From positions 96,001-160,000 of the forward strand of contig CAVZZO010000003.1 in the NCBI GenBank assembly GCA_963779755.1: DNA of 64,000 nt, read 5' to 3'. Each line of letters starts with the position of its first letter. Position 1 is the first letter of the stretch. The notes under the pieces are model-generated. The model saw only the letters and a program-made list of their open reading frames with translations. It made no database searches and was not told the DNA's origin. This document shows positions 38,621 through 47,575 of the stretch, in pieces. The translations under genes and the position numbers were made by a program. This DNA comes from an uncultured Gemmatimonadales bacterium. Lineage in GTDB: Bacteria; Gemmatimonadota; Gemmatimonadetes; Gemmatimonadales; GWC2-71-9.

Positions 38621-39463
38621 TCAGCCGGCAGCGAGCTCGCCCGTGAAGACCAGGCGGCCTTCCCCATGGAGCCAGACATCTTCTGCGTGGGTGGGTGTCA
38701 GGCGCGCCGAGACGCGAATGGGACGCCCGCTCCGGCTCCGAACCACCACTGGTAGCTGGAGAACGCCCAGCGAGGCCCCAGCCACCGCCGAGGCAGCGGT
38801 GCCGGTGCCGCAGGCATGAGTTTCCCCTTCCACCCCCCGTTCGTAAGTCCGGAGGGCCCAGGCCGGCTCCCCGACCGACGGTGAAGGGACCGGCCCCAGG
38901 AAGTTGATGTTGGCGCCACCCGGGCGAAGCGCAGGATGGAGCCGCAACTGCCGTCCCCGGCCCTCAACGTCGAGGTTATCCACATCGGAAACGAGTACCG
39001 TGAGGTGCGGAACCCCGACGGTCGAGAGGAGGATCTTCTGCTCCCCCGGCAGTCGCTCGATGTCGGGCACCTCATGGGGGCGAAGAAAACCCGGCAGGTG
39101 CAGTTCCGCCTCCCATTCCTGTCCGCTGCAGCGGCTGGGAAACGTCCCTGCCCCGGTCACGAGGTGCATGCCATCCGCCGGGGCCAGGCCCAGCCGGGCC
39201 GAGAGCCTGGTGCTGCACAGGGCGGCGTTGCCGCACATCTCGGCCGCCGATCCATCGGAGTTGAAGAACACCATCCGGACATATCCGGCGCCGTGCTGCG
39301 GCTCGGGCACCAGAATGACCAGTCCGTCGGCTCCCACCCCGCGCCGCCGGTCGCAGACCCGCTGGATCCGCTCGGCCGTCCAGTGGGCAGGGCTGTGCTC
39401 CCGGCCGTCCAGGAAGACGAAATCGTTCCCGCTTCCGGTCATTTTATAGAAGGTGGTGCTCAT
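38621..39463 (-). CDS. dapF: Diaminopimelate epimerase
   Basis: FYKMTGSGNDF, GVGADG, NSDGSAAEMCGN, GVPH, RTYERGVEGETHACGTG. Confidence 0.95.
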   Translation of the reverse strand: MSTTFYKMTGSGNDFVFLDGREHSPAHWTAERIQRVCDRRRGVGADGLVILVPEPQHGAGYVRMVFFNSDGSAAEMCGNAALCSTRLSARLGLAPADGMHLVTGAGTFPSRCSGQEWEAELHLPGFLRPHEVPDIERLPGEQKILLSTVGVPHLTVLVSDVDNLDVEGRGRQLRLHPALRPGGANINFLGPVPSPSVGEPAWALRTYERGVEGETHACGTGTAASAVAGASLGVLQLPVVVRSRSGRPIRVSARLTPTHAEDVWLHGEGRLVFTGELAAG

Positions 39464-39474
39464 GACGGGAACCG

Positions 39475-39560
39475 CGAATAGGGGACAAGGGATAGGGGAT
39501 AAGGGATAAGGGATAAGGGACAGGGGCACCGGAGAACATGGTCCCCTGCCCCCTGTCCCT
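39475..39560. repeat. Palindromic heptamer repeat (AGGGATA tandem copies)
   Basis: GGGGACA-AGGGATA-GGGGATA-AGGGATA-AGGGATA-AGGGACA-GGGGCA ... TGCCCCCTGTCCCT. Confidence 0.8.
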
Positions 39561-40278
39561 ACAGCTTCTTGAATATCGCCGCCATCCGCAGCCACCAGAC
39601 CATCCAGATCGCCTCCCGGACGATCCGTTTGTTCATCTTGCTCTGCCCTTCCACCCGGTCGGTGAACACGATGGGGATCTCGACTAGGCGGAAGCCCTTC
39701 TTCCAGGCGCGGAAGCTCATCTCGATCTGGAAGGCATAGCCGTTGGAGCGAACCCGGTTGAGGGGGATAGCCTCGAGGACGCGGCGGCGGAAGAGCTTGA
39801 ACCCGCCGGTCGAATCGGAGAGCGGCAGGCCGGTGACCCACCGGGCATAGATGTTGGCCCCCACGGACAGCAGCAGGCGCGATAGAGGCCAGTTGATCAC
39901 GTTGACGCCGTTCTTGTAGCGAGACCCGATCACCACGTCGGCATCCTGGATGGCACGCAGGAAGCTGGGAACGCGGCTCGGGTCATGACTGAAATCGGCA
40001 TCCATTTCGAAAATCAGGTCGTAGCCGTGCTCCAGGGCCCAGCCGAAGCCGGCGATATAGGCCTTTCCCAGCCCGGCCTTCTTTTCCCGGTGCAGCACGT
40101 GCACCCGCGGCTCGATTTCGGCCAGCCGGTCGGCCAGCGCGCCGGTGCCGTCGGGAGAGTTGTCGTCAACAATGAGCATCTCGATCCGTGACTCCTGGCT
40201 CAGGATGGCCGGGACCACATGGGGGAGATTGACCAGCTCATTATAGGTCGGGACAACGACCAGGATCCGCTCAGGCAC
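39559..40278 (-). CDS. Polyprenol monophosphomannose synthase (Dpm1/Ppm1-like GT2)
   Basis: VVVPTYNE, VDDNSPDGT, GLGKAY, EMDADFSHDP, D.TGGFK, GYAFQIE. Confidence 0.9.
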   Translation of the reverse strand: MPERILVVVPTYNELVNLPHVVPAILSQESRIEMLIVDDNSPDGTGALADRLAEIEPRVHVLHREKKAGLGKAYIAGFGWALEHGYDLIFEMDADFSHDPSRVPSFLRAIQDADVVIGSRYKNGVNVINWPLSRLLLSVGANIYARWVTGLPLSDSTGGFKLFRRRVLEAIPLNRVRSNGYAFQIEMSFRAWKKGFRLVEIPIVFTDRVEGQSKMNKRIVREAIWMVWWLRMAAIFKKL

Positions 40279-42619
40279 CGGCGGGCCTCCGCCGCACCAG
40301 CGGCCCCAGCATGAGCAGCCCGGCAATCATGACCGACAAGGCGGTGATCCACTTGCCCTGAACATAGGAAGGATCGTGATACCAGAGACTCACGGCCCTG
40401 GCGCCCGGGGGCAGCGGGACGGTCAGCAGCGTGTTGTCGCCCCGGACGGGCTTGACCGGGGTTCCGTCCACGGTGGCATGCCAGCGGGTGTACCAGTTCT
40501 CGCCGATCACCAGGTAGGTCTGCCTGGGCGACGAGCCGGAGAGGGCGATGTCCATCTTGCCGGGCTCCCACGTGGTGAGGCTCGCGCCAACCGGCGAGGG
40601 CGGCAGCGGCCCCTGCTCCAGCGCGTCCACGTTGAGACTGGAGGAATCGGGCAGCAACACCACCCGTTCATAGGGGAAACGGGGGTCCACCACGGTGGAA
40701 ACCAGCCGGTCCTCCGGGACCTTGGCCGCGGAGGCCACCACGCGCACGTAGGGCGCGATGGAGTCCTGTCTGTAGAGGACGCCCGGGCCTCCGATCGCCG
40801 TGGGCACCGGCCCCAGCACCTTGTGATAGCCGGGGATGCTGGCTTCCTGCTGCGTGACGATGTAGCGGACGGTGAAGAGGTCCAGCAGGTTGTAGTTCGT
40901 TCCCACGTGGCTCCACACGTTCTTGCCGCCCATCAGGTCGTCGAAGAACCGCAGCTCCTGGCCGTGGTAGCCCAGCAGTTTCTGGATGTTGAGCGCCATG
41001 AGGAACGAGCCCTGCTCGTACACGTGTTGCGGGTCCCAGACCCGGAACGGGGGCTGGTCCGTCTTGATATGCCGCGTCAGGTCGTCTTCCCGGAACAGCA
41101 CGGATGCGCGATCGCGATAGTCGAAGAAGTTGTGGTCGATGCTCCAGAGATCGGCCACGAGGAGGAACGCCAGCACCGCGGCGACCGCCGTGCCCCGCAG
41201 CAGCCCCGTCAGGATCATCCAGATGGCGACCCCGCCCATGCCGACGAAGATGAGCAATCGGACGGATCCGGCGCGCAGGGCCTCGGCATTGCCGGCTACC
41301 TGCCGCATCATCTGCGGCTCGGCCAGCGTTTCTGTGACCGGCTGCAGGGCGCCCACCGCCCCGAGCAGGCCGATGATGGCAAAGGCCGCGACGATGAGGG
41401 CAGCCGTCCCCCAGCGGACCTCCCGCCGGAGCAGGCGCTCCACGCCGAAGGCCGCGAAGACCGCTACCACCAGGGCGACATAGAGGAAGGCCATGCCCTC
41501 GGCACGGACCTTCTTCATGAAGGGCATGACCTCGTACCACAGCCGATAGAAAGGCGTGTGGCCACCGAAGGACACCAGCAGGAAGAGGAGCCCGATGCCT
41601 CCCAGCCCCCAGATCAGCGTCCGCCTCCCGCGATTCCCCAACCCGATGAGAGCCAGGATGATCACGAAGACGCCGATATACTCCGAGTGGAGCTTGAAGG
41701 CATTCGCCCCCCAATAGTGCTCCAGCATGCCGTTGAACTGCGGCAGGAAGGTGGTGAACAGCTCGTTCGGCGGCATGGAGAAGAGGGTGGCGTAGCCCCA
41801 GCCGCTGCTGGTACCCGGGACGCCGCGGGGCGAAAACGGGATGTATTCGTAGAAGGGCAGCACCTGTAGTGCAGAGATACCCGCCGCCAGGCCCACCGCG
41901 CCGAGCGAGAGCGCCAGCGGCACCCACCAGCGGCGGTCGGCCGGGCGCTCCGGGTCGCCGAACACCAGGTACAGCACCCAGAGCCCGCTGAAGACCAGCA
42001 GGTAGTAGGTCATCTGGAAGTGCGGGCTCAGAATGCACAGCCCGATCACGATCGAAAAGAGCGGGTACCCCCAGAATTTCCGATGGCGAATGGCCCGCAG
42101 GAGGGCGAACAGCGCGAGCGGAGCCAGCGCGGAGACATAGAGTTTGCCGTCATGTCCGGGGCGCATCATCGAGGTGACCATCCCGGTCAGCTCGTAGGCC
42201 AGCCCTCCGACCAGCGCGGCGGTCCACCCCAGTTTGAGGGCCCGGAGAAAGAGGTACATGAACAGCCCGGCCAGGATGATATGCACCGCAAAGCCGAGAT
42301 TCATGGCCATGTCCACGGGCATGATCCAGCGCAGCCACGCCGTGGGATAGAAGATGTCGCCGTGCATGGCGGCAATGAACGGGAGGCCGCCCAGGATATA
42401 GGGGTTCCACTCGGGAATGTGTCCCGTGGAACGGAACATCTCGGCGCCGAAGAGCCGGAAGGCATAGCCCGAGAGGAACTGGTCGTCGCCCAGCAGCCAG
42501 CGGCCGCCGAGCATGGGGTAGCAGAGCGTCAGCGCCGCCAGCACGAACAGCACCAGCGCCAGCGTTCTCGGCCAGCGGGGTTCCCAGGGGGTGAGCTCGA
42601 TGGGATCAGAAGAGGTCAC
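40271..42619 (-). CDS. YfhO-family (GT-C-like) multi-TM membrane protein
   Basis: PEWNPYILGGLPF, FYP..WL, many TM helices, C-terminal ENWY.RW.ATVDG...LPPG..V motif. Confidence 0.75.
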   Translation of the reverse strand: MTSSDPIELTPWEPRWPRTLALVLFVLAALTLCYPMLGGRWLLGDDQFLSGYAFRLFGAEMFRSTGHIPEWNPYILGGLPFIAAMHGDIFYPTAWLRWIMPVDMAMNLGFAVHIILAGLFMYLFLRALKLGWTAALVGGLAYELTGMVTSMMRPGHDGKLYVSALAPLALFALLRAIRHRKFWGYPLFSIVIGLCILSPHFQMTYYLLVFSGLWVLYLVFGDPERPADRRWWVPLALSLGAVGLAAGISALQVLPFYEYIPFSPRGVPGTSSGWGYATLFSMPPNELFTTFLPQFNGMLEHYWGANAFKLHSEYIGVFVIILALIGLGNRGRRTLIWGLGGIGLLFLLVSFGGHTPFYRLWYEVMPFMKKVRAEGMAFLYVALVVAVFAAFGVERLLRREVRWGTAALIVAAFAIIGLLGAVGALQPVTETLAEPQMMRQVAGNAEALRAGSVRLLIFVGMGGVAIWMILTGLLRGTAVAAVLAFLLVADLWSIDHNFFDYRDRASVLFREDDLTRHIKTDQPPFRVWDPQHVYEQGSFLMALNIQKLLGYHGQELRFFDDLMGGKNVWSHVGTNYNLLDLFTVRYIVTQQEASIPGYHKVLGPVPTAIGGPGVLYRQDSIAPYVRVVASAAKVPEDRLVSTVVDPRFPYERVVLLPDSSSLNVDALEQGPLPPSPVGASLTTWEPGKMDIALSGSSPRQTYLVIGENWYTRWHATVDGTPVKPVRGDNTLLTVPLPPGARAVSLWYHDPSYVQGKWITALSVMIAGLLMLGPLVRRRPAGA

Positions 42620-42688
42620 GCGATCTCCAGGATGAGGACCGGCTGAGATCTTCGACCAGTCGTACGACCAGTTGCGTCACACGGCGGC

Positions 42689-42972
42689 GCAGAAAAACGC
42701 GAGCGGCTCCGGGCCCCCCCCCGGGTGGGGGATAACACCTCGGCTCGCCGGCCACCTAACCCGCTGCGACCTACCACCTCACAGGAAAGCGCGAGCGGGC
42801 TCCAGCCCCCCCGGTTCGGGGATAACACCTCTACTCTCCAGCCACATAACCTGCTGCGAGATCTCCCGTCGCAGAAAAACGCGAGCGGCTCCCGGCCCCC
42901 CCGGGTGGGGGATAACACCTCTGCCCGCCGACCGCATCACCCGCCGTACGCGCTGCACCGCAGAAAGACCGC
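42689..42972. repeat. Degenerate tandem repeat, 90-bp period, three full units plus a partial fourth
   Basis: GATAACACCT starts at exactly 42731, 42821 and 42911; unit heads GCAGAAAAACGCGAGCGG at 42689 and 42871, variant at 42781, partial at 42960. Confidence 0.9.
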
Positions 42973-43886
42973 TATCTGACGGCCCTGAGGAACGGCACCG
43001 CCACTCCCACTTCGGTGATCGTCAACAGTAATCGCGATGCGATCGCCAGCGCCGTGGCATTGGCCAGCCCAATGGGCCCCTGCAGCATGAGGACGAATAC
43101 CCCTTCCCGCACGCCGAGCCCGCCCGGCACCAGCACCGCCAGGAATCCTGCAAGATAAGATGCTGTGAAAGCCCCGATGGCCGCGAGGGGGGTGAGCGGG
43201 GCCTCCGGCAACAGTCCACGGGTCATGATCCAGAAGGCAACGCCGTAGCCGCACCAGGCCAGCAGGTTGGCCACCAGCCCATACACCACCGCCCGGAACC
43301 GGGGCGCTCGCGCCGCGCCTGCCGGCAGCAAGCGGTGCAGCAGCCTTCCGCTGATCCAGGGCGAGATCAGCAGGGTGATCCCCGCCCCGCTTCCCAGGGC
43401 CAGGAGCCACAGCGCCACCCGCACCCCCGGGTGGGCGGTTTCCAGGGCCGCGGTACCGGTGAGGCCTACGACAACCGCCCCGGTCCCGATGGCCAGGGCC
43501 TGCAGCAGGATAGCGGAGGCCGTCGCCGCCCACGCGGCCACACCCACACGCTGGGCCATGATGGCCATGCCGGCAATGGCCCAGACCTTCCCCGGGATGT
43601 ACTTCCCCAGGTTGGAAAGGCTCCAGATCCGGGCGGCGGCCCAGCCTCCCAACTGCTGGTCCCAATCCACCAGCAGCCGCCGCCAGGCGGAAATGAGGAG
43701 CGCATACATGGCCCATACCACGACCGCGCTGGCCAGGAGCAGCAGTGGATGCACCTGCCAGACCAGATGCGCCGAACGGAGCTGGTCCCAGTTGCGGGCA
43801 AACTGCCGGGCCACAAAGAAGAGGATGATCAAGGCGGCGACTGCCTGCGCCACCCGCCATAGGGGGCGTGCGCGCGTCTCAGGCAT
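42972..43886 (-). CDS. Lysylphosphatidylglycerol synthase TM-domain / flippase-like protein (UPF0104)
   Basis: LSNLGKYIPGKVW, VPGGLGVREG, multiple TM helices. Confidence 0.8.
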   Translation of the reverse strand: MPETRARPLWRVAQAVAALIILFFVARQFARNWDQLRSAHLVWQVHPLLLLASAVVVWAMYALLISAWRRLLVDWDQQLGGWAAARIWSLSNLGKYIPGKVWAIAGMAIMAQRVGVAAWAATASAILLQALAIGTGAVVVGLTGTAALETAHPGVRVALWLLALGSGAGITLLISPWISGRLLHRLLPAGAARAPRFRAVVYGLVANLLAWCGYGVAFWIMTRGLLPEAPLTPLAAIGAFTASYLAGFLAVLVPGGLGVREGVFVLMLQGPIGLANATALAIASRLLLTITEVGVAVPFLRAVR

Positions 43887-45069
43887 CCAGAGCCTCCCGG
43901 TACCAGGCCTCGCACGCAGCGGCCGCGCTGGCGGGCGCCAGCCGCCGGCGCCACTCGGCGCCGAGCCGCCGGGCCTGATCCAGGCGCCGGGGGTGGTCCA
44001 TTACGGTACGCACCGCCTGGGCCAGTGCGGCCGGTTCCGGCGCCGCCAGTGCCCCGGCTCCGCCCGGCTCCTGCGGAAGAATGTCCCGGACACCTCCCCC
44101 GTCGCTGCACGCCACCACCGGCACGCCGCACATGAGCGCTTCGGCGGCAACCAGGCCGAACCCCTCCTGCCGGGCAGGAAAGAGCATGCAGTCGGCGGTG
44201 CGGAGCCGCTCCGGCACCTGGCCGGGCGGAACGGCGCCGGCAAAGCGGACGGCATCGTGCAGGGCGAGCTCGGCGGCCAGGCGGCGCAGCGGCTCCTCTT
44301 CGGGGCCGCCGCCCACAATCGTGAGCGGCAGCCGGGAACCTCCCTGCCGCAGCAGAGCGAAGGCGCGGAGCGCCAGGTCGACCCGCTTCTGCGCGGTGAG
44401 CCGGGAGAGCACCACCAGTCCGCCGCCGCCCACGCTCCAGGTATCGAAGTGGGAGACATCCACCGGCATGGGCTGCACGTGCGAATCGGGAATGGTGCGG
44501 CCGGTGGCCCGGCCCACGTCATCGGCCAGGCTGCGCGAGACGGCGGTGACGACCGCTGCCCGGCGGAACACGGGCGCAGCGACCCAGCGGGCCAGGGCCG
44601 ACCGCCGGAGAATGGCCCCGTCGGTGCCGTGAATGGTCAGTACCAGGGGCACGCCGCCCGGGGCAGCCAGCCCGCCGGGAATCCACCAGTGCGCGTGCAC
44701 CAGGTCTGCGCCTCGCCCTATTTCCCTGCCGGCCGCCTTGCGCAGGGCGCGCCAGAGCCCCACCAGCGCCCGCCAGCCGGCCGGGTGGCGGATGGCGTCC
44801 TGCATGGTGCCCCGGTAGGCGATGGTCTCCTGGTCCGGGGCGGCGTAGCGGACCCGCGTCACGGGCACACCTTCCAGCTCCGGCTCGCCGACCTCGCCGC
44901 AGTCGCTGGGGGCCAGCACCCGGACGTGGTGTCCGCGCGCCATGAGCGCGCCGGCGAGGGTGGCCAGGAACGCCCCGGACACATCACCCGGGAAGCGAGG
45001 GAAATTGTGGGTGAGAAAGACAATGCGCAGCGGAGCATCCGATACGGCCCGGCCGGGCGAGGCGCTCAC
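43879..45069 (-). CDS. Glycosyltransferase family 4
   Basis: DLVHAHW.IP.G, TIHGTD, EGFGLVAAEAL.CG.PVV. Confidence 0.9.
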   Translation of the reverse strand: MSASPGRAVSDAPLRIVFLTHNFPRFPGDVSGAFLATLAGALMARGHHVRVLAPSDCGEVGEPELEGVPVTRVRYAAPDQETIAYRGTMQDAIRHPAGWRALVGLWRALRKAAGREIGRGADLVHAHWWIPGGLAAPGGVPLVLTIHGTDGAILRRSALARWVAAPVFRRAAVVTAVSRSLADDVGRATGRTIPDSHVQPMPVDVSHFDTWSVGGGGLVVLSRLTAQKRVDLALRAFALLRQGGSRLPLTIVGGGPEEEPLRRLAAELALHDAVRFAGAVPPGQVPERLRTADCMLFPARQEGFGLVAAEALMCGVPVVACSDGGGVRDILPQEPGGAGALAAPEPAALAQAVRTVMDHPRRLDQARRLGAEWRRRLAPASAAAACEAWYREALDA

Positions 45070-46049
45070 GTGGTGTGGTGGTCGTCGGGCGGGCCGGCGG
45101 TATCGGACAGGCGGTGCCGGGTGAGGGTACGGCTCAGGGCCCAGAGGTCTTCGCGCAGGCCCGCGATCATCTCACCCACGAAACCGAAACCGAAGAGGGC
45201 GATGCCGCTGATGACCATGGTCTCGACCAGGTTCAGGAAGGGCCGGAAGCCGATGTCGAAGCCGAACCGGAGCACCAGCGCCGCCACGCCGGTCAGGAAG
45301 CCGATGGTGAACAGGATGGCGCCGGCCACCCCGAAAAAGAGCAGCGGTTTGCGGCCGAAGCGCAGCTGGAACCACACCGAGGCGAGGTCGAGCACGCCAA
45401 CGGGAATGCGGCGCCAGTTGAACTTGGACACGCCGGCACGGCGGGGATACAGCGGCACGGGCCGCGAGGTGAGCCGGAAGCCTTCGGCGACGGCAATGGC
45501 CACCATGTAGCGGTGCCAGTCGGGGCGGAGCGGCATGTCGAGCGTGACTTCCCGCCGCCACGCCTTGACCGAGTTCAGGTCGCGCGCCGAGACCCCGAAG
45601 ATCCAGGAGGAGAGCCGGTTGTAGATACCGGAGACGAAGGCCTTTTCGTATTTCCCCTGCTTGGTGCCGGTGACGATATCGGCCTCGCCGTCGAGAATCG
45701 GCTGCACCAGGGTGGGAATGTCTTCCGGCAGGTACTGGAGATCGGCGGGATAGAAAACGAAGACCTCGCCCTGGGCGAGGTCGGCGGCGGAACGGAGCGC
45801 ATCGGCGATCCCCTGCTGCCGCCGGTGCCGCACGGTCCGGAGCCAGGGGTAGGTTCGGGTCAGCTCGCGCAGCACCCGGGGGGTGTCGTCGTGCGAGCCG
45901 TCGTCCACCAGGATGACTTCAAAGGAAAAGGGCGCGCGGCCCAGTGCCTCGGCGCAGTGGCGGGCGAAATCGGGCAGGTTCTCCGCCTCGTCCTTGGCGG
46001 GCACCAGGATGCTGACCTGCACTACGTCCGCCGGGAGGGCCGTGCTCAT
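45066..46049 (-). CDS. Glycosyltransferase family 2 (ArnC/GtrB-like)
   Basis: SILVPAKDEAENL, VDDGS.D.T, ADLQY.PEDIP, two C-terminal TM helices. Confidence 0.88.
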   Translation of the reverse strand: MSTALPADVVQVSILVPAKDEAENLPDFARHCAEALGRAPFSFEVILVDDGSHDDTPRVLRELTRTYPWLRTVRHRRQQGIADALRSAADLAQGEVFVFYPADLQYLPEDIPTLVQPILDGEADIVTGTKQGKYEKAFVSGIYNRLSSWIFGVSARDLNSVKAWRREVTLDMPLRPDWHRYMVAIAVAEGFRLTSRPVPLYPRRAGVSKFNWRRIPVGVLDLASVWFQLRFGRKPLLFFGVAGAILFTIGFLTGVAALVLRFGFDIGFRPFLNLVETMVISGIALFGFGFVGEMIAGLREDLWALSRTLTRHRLSDTAGPPDDHHTT

Positions 46050-47575
46050 ACCCGCTTGCGCATCCGCGCCGGCAGAATGCCGAGCTGGTCACGATATTTG
46101 GCGACCGTGCGGCGCGCGATCTGAATGCCTTGCTCCTGGAAGAGCTGCACGATCTGCTGGTCGGTGAGCGGCTTGCCCGAGTTTTCCTCCCCGACCATCT
46201 TCTGCAGTTTGGCGCGGATGGAGCGCGCGCTGGCGTCCTCGCCCGAGGTGGTGGAGAGCGCGCTGGAGAAGAAAAATTTCAGCGGCAGCACTCCCCGCGG
46301 CGTCTGCACGTATTTTTCGTTGGTCACCCGGCTGACGGTGGACTCGTGCATGTTGATGACTTCGGCCACCTCGCGCAGGGTGAGCGGCTTCAGGTATTCG
46401 ATACCCTTCTCGAAAAAATCCCGCTGCCGGTCGACGATGAAGTTCATCACCTTCAGCATGGTCTGCCGCCGCTGCTCCAGCGCCTGGATCATCCAGTTGG
46501 CGCTGTTCATCTTGGTGGCGATAAACTCGCGGTTCTCGGGGGTGAGCTTTTTCTTGTCGCGCGCCAGCTCCTGATAGGAGCGGCTCAGCCGCAGCCGGGG
46601 ATAGCCGGTATCGTTCAGGAACACCTGGTAGCGCCCGTCGATCTTGTCGACGATCAGGTCGGGCGTGATGTACCCGTCGTCGCGTGACGAGTACTTGAGC
46701 CCCGGCTTGGGGTCGAACTGGGCCAGCTTGTCGGCCGCCTCCTGCACCTCGCGCGGCTCCACACCGAACCGGCGGGCGAGGTCGTTCCAGCGGTGGGCGA
46801 TGAGGTCGGGAAACGCCTCGTCCACCAGGCGCCAGGTGAGGCTGCTGGTGTCTTCCCGGTCTTCCAGCTGCAGCAGCAGGCATTCGCGCAGATCGCGCGC
46901 GGCGATGCCTGCGGGATCGAGGTGCTGGATGATCTTCAGCACCTCCTCGCCCTCGTCCAGGGTGTAGAGCTGATACTCGGGCTCGGCGGGCTCGGCCGCT
47001 TCCGCCGGCTCGCCGCTCTCATCTTCCAGCAGGACGTCCTCCTCCTCGTCCTCCCGGGCCTCCGCCTGCGCCTGGGCATGCAGGCGCAGCAACTCGTTGA
47101 CGCTGCCCACGACCTCCTCCACGGAGGCGGCCAGGTAGCCGTCGTCGCCGATGTTGCCGACGAACTCCTCCGCCAGCAGCATCTGCCGGGGCGTGAATTC
47201 CATCAGCTGGAGCTGCTCGCGCAAATGGTCGTCCAGGTCCTGGCGCTCGACCGACACCGGCTCGAGATACTCGCGCTCCTCGTACTGCTCGCGGGTGCCG
47301 CCCACCTCGAACCCGTTGAGAAGGATCTCCTCCCAGTCGGTCTCGTTTTCCTTGTCCTTGTCCTCCTTTTCCTGCTTCTCCTGGGCCGCCTGATCCTGCT
47401 GTTCTTCTTCGTCCGGGTCCAGCAGCTCCAGGAACGGGTTGACCAGCAGCTCCTGCTTCAGGTGCTGCTGGAGATCCAGCATGGGCATGTACAGCATGTC
47501 CATGGCCTGATACAGGCGCGGATTGATGCGGAGATCCTGCCGCAGGCTGGTGGTCTGGGAGAGCCCGGTCCTCAC
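46046..47575 (-). CDS. rpoN: RNA polymerase sigma-54 factor
   Basis: LRQDLRINPRLYQAM (region I), HESTVSRVT..KY..TPRG, RpoN box ARRTVAKYR; GTG start overlapping the lptB stop. Confidence 0.96.
   Translation of the reverse strand: MRTGLSQTTSLRQDLRINPRLYQAMDMLYMPMLDLQQHLKQELLVNPFLELLDPDEEEQQDQAAQEKQEKEDKDKENETDWEEILLNGFEVGGTREQYEEREYLEPVSVERQDLDDHLREQLQLMEFTPRQMLLAEEFVGNIGDDGYLAASVEEVVGSVNELLRLHAQAQAEAREDEEEDVLLEDESGEPAEAAEPAEPEYQLYTLDEGEEVLKIIQHLDPAGIAARDLRECLLLQLEDREDTSSLTWRLVDEAFPDLIAHRWNDLARRFGVEPREVQEAADKLAQFDPKPGLKYSSRDDGYITPDLIVDKIDGRYQVFLNDTGYPRLRLSRSYQELARDKKKLTPENREFIATKMNSANWMIQALEQRRQTMLKVMNFIVDRQRDFFEKGIEYLKPLTLREVAEVINMHESTVSRVTNEKYVQTPRGVLPLKFFFSSALSTTSGEDASARSIRAKLQKMVGEENSGKPLTDQQIVQLFQEQGIQIARRTVAKYRDQLGILPARMRKRV

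Noticed and set aside
42689..42972. Calling the 90-bp array a CRISPR
   Set aside because: The repeat is ~52 bp and degenerate, the linkers are homologous to each other, and there is no cas gene or AT-rich leader; kept as an unexplained repeat
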